40,011 nucleotides of DNA from Patescibacteria group bacterium. Lineage in GTDB: Bacteria; Patescibacteriota; UBA1384; JACPKC01. Positions 36,308 through 40,011 of the stretch are shown here, one piece after another. The translations under genes and the position numbers were made by a program. The notes beneath the pieces are model-generated. The model did no database searches. It was not told where the DNA came from and saw only the letters and a list, made by a program, of their open reading frames with translations. The stretch spans positions 67,009 to 107,019 of the forward strand of contig JBMNRW010000002.1 of the NCBI GenBank assembly GCA_050944875.1, given 5' to 3'. Within the stretch, counting starts at the first letter, position 1. Each line of letters opens with the position of its first letter.

Positions 36308-36967
36308 ATGATCCCTCGTGCGCTCCAGGATATGATCAAGCGCGGTGTCCTCGGTCACGCGACCTTAGTTACTGGCCCTGACCCGCTTCAGTGGGGAGAA
36401 GTGACGGTAACGATTCGCGCTGCGCTCGGCGTTGCGTCAGCCGATACGTTTGAGCTCGTCGAGCCGCCGAAAATCGCCGATCTCCGTCGGATGCTTGAGC
36501 GAGTACACCTGAAACCGAACCAGTCTTCGTACGTTCTCGTCAGCGTGGCGCATGTTGACCGTTGGTCGCCCGAGGTTGCGAACGCGCTCTTGAAGACCCT
36601 CGAAGAACCGCCCGCCCATGTCCGCTTTCTACTCTATGCGACCGATGAGTCGTCGGTACTCCCAACTATTCGGTCTCGGTCGGCGCGTTTTCGCTTGAGC
36701 GGGCAACGGACTGCGGAAACGGAAACCGAAATCCCACCGTTACTTGAGCTTGCCGAGCTGCCACTGCATGTGCAGTTCGACCGGATCGCGCGGCTCGTCG
36801 AGCAGGTCGCTGTGGAACAAGTCTTGCGAGCCTGGATTAGTGGCTCGACTGACCGATTGGTGCGAGCGCGGCTTCTCAAGTGGCTCCGTCTGGCTGGTGA
36901 CCGACCAGTGAATAAGCGGCTTCTCCTTGATACGATTATCCTTGAGCAGCGAGTGACTGGAGCGTAA
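36308..36967 (+). CDS. holB: DNA polymerase III delta-prime-like subunit (short)
   Basis: HATLVTG, KIADLR, ANALLKTLEEPP, LPTIRSR. ATG at 36308 follows TGGTACGAT (36290-36298). Confidence 0.82.
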   Translation: MIPRALQDMIKRGVLGHATLVTGPDPLQWGEVTVTIRAALGVASADTFELVEPPKIADLRRMLERVHLKPNQSSYVLVSVAHVDRWSPEVANALLKTLEEPPAHVRFLLYATDESSVLPTIRSRSARFRLSGQRTAETETEIPPLLELAELPLHVQFDRIARLVEQVAVEQVLRAWISGSTDRLVRARLLKWLRLAGDRPVNKRLLLDTIILEQRVTGA

Positions 36968-36969
36968 CG

Positions 36970-37614
36970 ATGATTCTCGAACTCATTCTCTTCCTAGCTA
37001 TCCTTGGGATCTTCATCCTTGTGCTGCGGAAGCTTCCGGAAGCACTGCGCGACGGAGGGGAGTCGTCAGTAAACGGGTCCGTGCCGCAGCGGACAAGGGA
37101 GTCGTGGTTTACGGGCATCCGTGCGGCGGCTACGACTCGGGCAACTTCACTCTGGCAGCAGGTGAGTGCGCGTCGGCCGAAAGCAGAACAACCACCGCAA
37201 AAGCTCACTACTGCGCATCCTGCTCCTTCGCCCTCCAGTCGTCCGCAGGAGACACTGCTCTCGGAAGAGGCGCTCATGCATGAGGGAGACGTCTACTTCG
37301 TACAGGGAAAGCTGAAGGAAGCTGAGCGAGCGTTTCTCCGAGCAGTGGCGAAGAATCCACGACAACCGAAGCTCTACAACCGTCTCGGCGCCATTTACCT
37401 GAAGCAGCGGAATTACGCCGATGCGCTCGAGGCGTTCCAGGCTGCCCGTGACCTTGACGCCAGTAGGGCCAGTCGACACTACAACGTTGCGTTGGCTGCC
37501 TGGCACCTTGGCAAACGACCGAAGGCAAAGGAGGCGATCAATGAAGCGCTCCGACTCGACGGAGAATCCATTAAGTACCGAGACCTCAAGCGCCAGATCG
37601 ACGACGGGAAGTAG
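36970..37614 (+). CDS. Membrane-anchored TPR protein
   Basis: N-terminal TM, low-complexity linker, TPRs (G..YF.QGKLKEAE..F..A....P, YNRLGAIY.....Y..A...F..A). Confidence 0.82.
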   Translation: MILELILFLAILGIFILVLRKLPEALRDGGESSVNGSVPQRTRESWFTGIRAAATTRATSLWQQVSARRPKAEQPPQKLTTAHPAPSPSSRPQETLLSEEALMHEGDVYFVQGKLKEAERAFLRAVAKNPRQPKLYNRLGAIYLKQRNYADALEAFQAARDLDASRASRHYNVALAAWHLGKRPKAKEAINEALRLDGESIKYRDLKRQIDDGK

Positions 37615-37627
37615 TCGGCGCGACCAA

Positions 37628-37813
37628 TTGTGGTCACTTGTAGGGCGGTACCCGGCGCTTCGCTGGGTATTCGTGGCTCTCGCGCTCCTGACGCTCATCT
37701 CGCCGCTCGATGTGTTGCCTGATCTTGCGCCGCCCATCGGGTGGGCAGATGATCTGGTTGCTCTGCTCTACCTCGTCCAACAGGCGCTGGCGTCGCTCCG
37801 GCAATCGAAGTAG
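37628..37813 (+). CDS. DUF1232/YkvA-like small membrane protein
   Basis: ISPLDVLPD...IGWADD motif; start uncertain (TTG 37628). Confidence 0.7.
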   Translation: MWSLVGRYPALRWVFVALALLTLISPLDVLPDLAPPIGWADDLVALLYLVQQALASLRQSK

Positions 37814-37845
37814 TGCCTAGGGGCACTTGCGCAGCCTGCCTGTAC

Positions 37846-37887
37846 GCCACGAAAAACGCCCACCGGTCGGTGCGCGTTCTTCGTGGC
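37846..37887 (-). terminator. Hairpin directly downstream of, and overlapping, the tRNA-Trp 3' end
   Basis: GCCACGAAAAACGC ... GCGTTCTTCGTGGC (13/14 complementary) with an inner CACCG/CGGTG stem. Confidence 0.55.
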
Positions 37888-37957
37888 AGGAGCTGAGGGA
37901 ATCGAACCCCCGACTACGGTTTTGGAGACCGTCGTTATACCACTTAACTAAGCTCCC
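37884..37957 (-). tRNA. tRNA-Trp(CCA)
   Basis: GGGAGCT/AGCTCCT-G-CCA acceptor, ACGGT-CTCCAAA-ACCGT anticodon arm, TTCGATT loop; the T-stem looks irregular. Confidence 0.9.
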
Positions 37958-37988
37958 GTATCACCGGCTAGGCTACCGGAAATACGAC

Positions 37989-38011
37989 GCAGCGTCCAGG
38001 TAGGACGCTGC
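37989..38011. other. 9-bp hairpin between rpmG and tRNA-Trp (terminator or processing signal)
   Basis: GCAGCGTCC-AGGTA-GGACGCTGC; only a short AT stretch on the minus-strand 3' side. Confidence 0.4.
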
Positions 38012-38026
38012 GGTTGAGTGAACGGG

Positions 38027-38215
38027 CTAGTTGCGTGGTTTGGGGTTTGGAAGCTTCGTTTCGTTGTGCGTGGTGTGCTTCCGGCAACGAGCGCAGTACT
38101 TCTCGAGCGCGAGCTTATCCGTGGTATTGATCACGTTCTTGTGTACGACGTAGTTGCGCTCTTTGCACTCCGAGCACGTGAGGTGAAACTTCTGCCGTTT
38201 CCCTTTTTTCGCCAT
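38027..38215 (-). CDS. rpmG: 50S ribosomal protein L33 (four-Cys form)
   Basis: LTCSECKERNY...KN......L.LEKYCARCRKHT.H.E; AAGGA RBS. Confidence 0.95.
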   Translation of the reverse strand: MAKKGKRQKFHLTCSECKERNYVVHKNVINTTDKLALEKYCARCRKHTTHNETKLPNPKPRN

Positions 38216-38237
38216 TGCGTGTCCTTTCTTAGTTCGC

Positions 38238-38312
38238 TGGAGCCCACGGGCGGAATTGAACCGCCGACCTACTCCTTACCATGGAGTTGCTCTACCTCTG
38301 AGCTACGTGGGC
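38238..38312 (-). tRNA. tRNA-Thr(GGT)
   Basis: GCCCACG/CGTGGGC-T-CCA, ACTCC-ATGGTAA-GGAGT, GGCGG-TTCAATT-CCGCC. Confidence 0.96.
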
Positions 38313-38325
38313 GAGTTGGATACGG

Positions 38326-38412
38326 TGGTGCTGGGGGTAGGATTCGAACCTACGTAGCCACATGGGCGCCAGATTTACAGTCTGGTGCGATTGACCGCTC
38401 CGCCACCCCAGC
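38326..38412 (-). tRNA. tRNA-Tyr(GTA)
   Basis: GCTGGGG/CCCCAGC-A-CCA, CCAGA-CTGTAAA-TCTGG, long variable arm, GTAGG-TTCGAAT-CCTAC. Confidence 0.96.
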
Positions 38413-38457
38413 TGAACATCGCGAATTGTACACCCTTTGCGGGAGTTTTCCAATTCT

Positions 38458-38532
38458 TGGAGCCAGCGGTGGGATTCGAACCCACGACCTACGGTTTACA
38501 AAACCGGTGCTCTACCACTGAGCTACGCTGGC
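38458..38532 (-). tRNA. tRNA-Thr(TGT)
   Basis: GCCAGCG/CGCTGGC-T-CCA, anticodon loop TTTGTAA, GTGGG-TTCGAAT-CCCAC. Confidence 0.95.
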
Positions 38533-38579
38533 AGACGAATCGAGGAGTTATTCAGGTTAGTTCCGATCACTCGGCTGAC

Positions 38580-38588
38580 ACTGTAGCA
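38580..38588 (-). promoter_or_regulatory. Extended -10 promoter of the tRNA/rpmG operon
   Basis: TG-C-TACAGT on the minus strand, about 47 nt upstream of tRNA-Thr(TGT). Confidence 0.4.
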
Positions 38589-38653
38589 GAAGGGGACACG
38601 CAATGAAACCGGTGCGGCAGACAGGATACATTTCACGTTCGAAGTGTACGTAC

Positions 38654-38682
38654 TTGACTATTTGCACTGAATCCGGTATGAT
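38654..38682 (+). promoter_or_regulatory. Near-consensus sigma70 promoter
   Basis: TTGACT (38654-38659), 17-nt spacer, TATGAT (38677-38682). Confidence 0.65.
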
Positions 38683-38714
38683 TGTTTAATTTCATGAACG
38701 ATAACGGAGGGCAG

Positions 38715-39224
38715 ATGTTGAACACCATCCCCATGAGCGATCGAGAACTTCAGGACGTTCTTGATGTGATCGACATCGATGTTCACCGTGCTTCTAGCGG
38801 GCAGGAACTCGAAGCAGCATACGCAGCACTCGTGATTCCAGACCGCCTCGGTGTACGAAATCACCGACGGGTACTTGAGCTGGCTGGTGCGGCTCGTCTC
38901 GCCCGACTTGTGCTCATGGGCTACGAGCGCTCAGACGCTAGCCAGCGCTTTGCCTCGAATCGTGCGCTCACGCAGCTCGTACGTTTATTCGATGATCTCC
39001 AGGTGCACGAAGGTGTTGCCGTACAGTTCTGGATAATTCTCGCGGGACAGCGCGCGTTCCTTCTGGATCAAGTTGAGCACGATCTCGATGCATGGTTACA
39101 CGCTACGCATTCGGACTTAGGGTCGTCCTCGGGAATGACGAATCTCCTTGAACTTCATGCCCTTCTCACCGACCAGGCTGACGAGGCGATTGCGTTCAGC
39201 CTCGGAATCGGTACAGTAGCGTAG
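38715..39224 (+). CDS. Hypothetical alpha-helical protein
   Basis: GGAGG RBS before ATG 38715 (ATG 38694 is an alternative; the listed TTG 38682 overlaps the -10 box); no recognised family. Confidence 0.65.
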   Translation: MLNTIPMSDRELQDVLDVIDIDVHRASSGQELEAAYAALVIPDRLGVRNHRRVLELAGAARLARLVLMGYERSDASQRFASNRALTQLVRLFDDLQVHEGVAVQFWIILAGQRAFLLDQVEHDLDAWLHATHSDLGSSSGMTNLLELHALLTDQADEAIAFSLGIGTVA

Positions 39225-39239
39225 GTAAGAGGAGGGTGT

Positions 39240-39362
39240 ATGCGGATTTTCCGGCCGAAGCAACTGAAGCACATCGAGGAAGACATCCACGACGCGGCAC
39301 TTTGGCTCGAGAAGATGGTGCCGATCTACCTCTTTCACTCCCTTCTGCATATCGGGTTGTAG
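39240..39362 (+). CDS. Putative 40-aa small protein (not in the ORF track)
   Basis: AAGAGGAGGGTGT-ATG; MRIFRPKQLKHIEEDIHDAALWLEKMVPIYLFHSLLHIGL-TAG; starts 15 nt after the upstream stop. Confidence 0.55.
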   Translation: MRIFRPKQLKHIEEDIHDAALWLEKMVPIYLFHSLLHIGL

Positions 39363-39411
39363 AATAGGGAAGACCGGAGCCGGTTGGCTCTGGTCTTCCT
39401 TTGTGTACTCC

Positions 39412-40011
39412 TTACTGTACCTGGTTGCCGTGGAATGGTCGGCGGAGAATAAAGTACGAGACGAGGCCAGAGAGTACCGCAGCGATAATGAGAACAATGA
39501 GGAGGTTGGCACCGGTTGAGGCGAGTACCCGAGGTGCGCCTTTCCCGTCATTCGAGACAGCTGCATTCGCTAGCACCTTCTGCGCGCCAATGAGCTGACC
39601 ACCCTGCAGAATTTTGACGGTGTACTCACCCTGGTTCGTGTACGAGTGTGTGAGCGTCGATGGGCAGGTCGCATCGCTGATTACTGTACCGTCACCCCAG
39701 TCGAGCGTCAGCCCGGTCAGCGCTGTCGAGTTCTTCGACTCACAGGTAAAGGTCACTGCGAGTGGAAGTGTTCCCGAGGTTGGCGTGATAGAGAAGCTCC
39801 CGTCGAATGGAGGCACGACGACGCCTTTATTAATTGTGAATGTTGCTTGCTTCGTCTTTTGCGCGTCGTTTGTCGCGTAGCGTACGGTGGCGACGTACGA
39901 GCCATCGGCAACCTGCTTGTCGGCATCGTCGCGCTGGTTCCAGGTCCATGATGTCGATTGCCCGGCTGGTAGCGGCTTAATCGCCTGAGTGGCAATCGGT
40001 GCAAAGACACT
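39412..40011 (-). CDS. Surface protein, 5'-truncated: FlgD-Ig-like motif, PKD domain, LASTG-TM-RR C-terminal tail
   Basis: Frame open to the window end: SVFAPIATQAIKPLPAGQSTSWTWNQRDDADKQVADGSY..., PKD (TPTSGTLPLAVTF...LDWGDG...THSYTNQGEYTV), then VLASTGANLLIVLIIAAVLSGLVSYFILRR. Confidence 0.85.
   Translation of the reverse strand, partial: SVFAPIATQAIKPLPAGQSTSWTWNQRDDADKQVADGSYVATVRYATNDAQKTKQATFTINKGVVVPPFDGSFSITPTSGTLPLAVTFTCESKNSTALTGLTLDWGDGTVISDATCPSTLTHSYTNQGEYTVKILQGGQLIGAQKVLANAAVSNDGKGAPRVLASTGANLLIVLIIAAVLSGLVSYFILRRPFHGNQVQ

Noticed and set aside
36308-36967. HolB-like protein lacks a Walker A GxxGxGK motif
   Set aside because: Delta-prime subunits are catalytically inactive and often degenerate there, and short forms are unremarkable in reduced genomes.
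34684-38700. tRNA genes as possible integration sites for an island or prophage
   Set aside because: No integrase or transposase, and no duplicated tRNA 3' end (att) was found in the window.
177-39951. Many long alternative-frame and antisense ORFs in the ORF track (e.g. 8415-9617, 9398-10909, 13216-14496, 20524-21621, 27697-28842)
   Set aside because: They shadow well-supported genes, are Arg/Pro/Ala-rich with no family motifs, and are expected in GC-rich DNA with strong codon bias.
1-40011. CRISPR array, rRNA or self-splicing intron
   Set aside because: No regularly spaced direct repeats, rRNA-like sequence or interrupted tRNA/housekeeping gene was seen on either strand.

Overview
Gene-dense, GC-rich bacterial chromosome segment read with standard code 11 (TAA, TAG and TGA all end intact genes). 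Protein style suggests a Patescibacteria/CPR-type organism (MraY with an N-terminal KLHxxKHKRxIPTM segment, short MurF/HolB, CPR-like small Cys-motif protein); this is inference only. Order: partial membrane protein, small Cys protein, uppS, two GT2s, SAM methyltransferase, CapA-like protein; a small opposite-strand membrane protein; a dcw cluster (mraZ, rsmH, ftsL-like, ftsI, murF, mraY, [GT4 + PIG-L deacetylase insert], murD, ftsW, murG, murC, ftsQ) with no murE, ddl, murB, ftsA or ftsZ in the window; two tandem bacterial-PH-domain membrane paralogs; recJ; a surface-protein locus broken into three pieces; sodA, radA; PBP1A (minus); tyrS, argS; a PP2C-like/TM/beta-propeller protein (minus); tRNA-Pro; M50 protease; rpmB; zinc-ribbon protein; holB-like, TPR, DUF1232-like; tRNA-Thr/Tyr/Thr, rpmG, tRNA-Trp (minus); an ORFan plus an unlisted 40-aa ORF; and a partial PKD surface protein ending in an LASTG-TM-RR tail. 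No CRISPR array, integrase, transposase or rRNA was seen. The best leads are the GT4/deacetylase pair coupled to mraY, the triple-lesion surface gene, the structured mraZ-rsmH spacer, and the PH-domain pair after ftsQ. None is proven novel without database searches. All coordinates were counted by hand, and start codons are best guesses.
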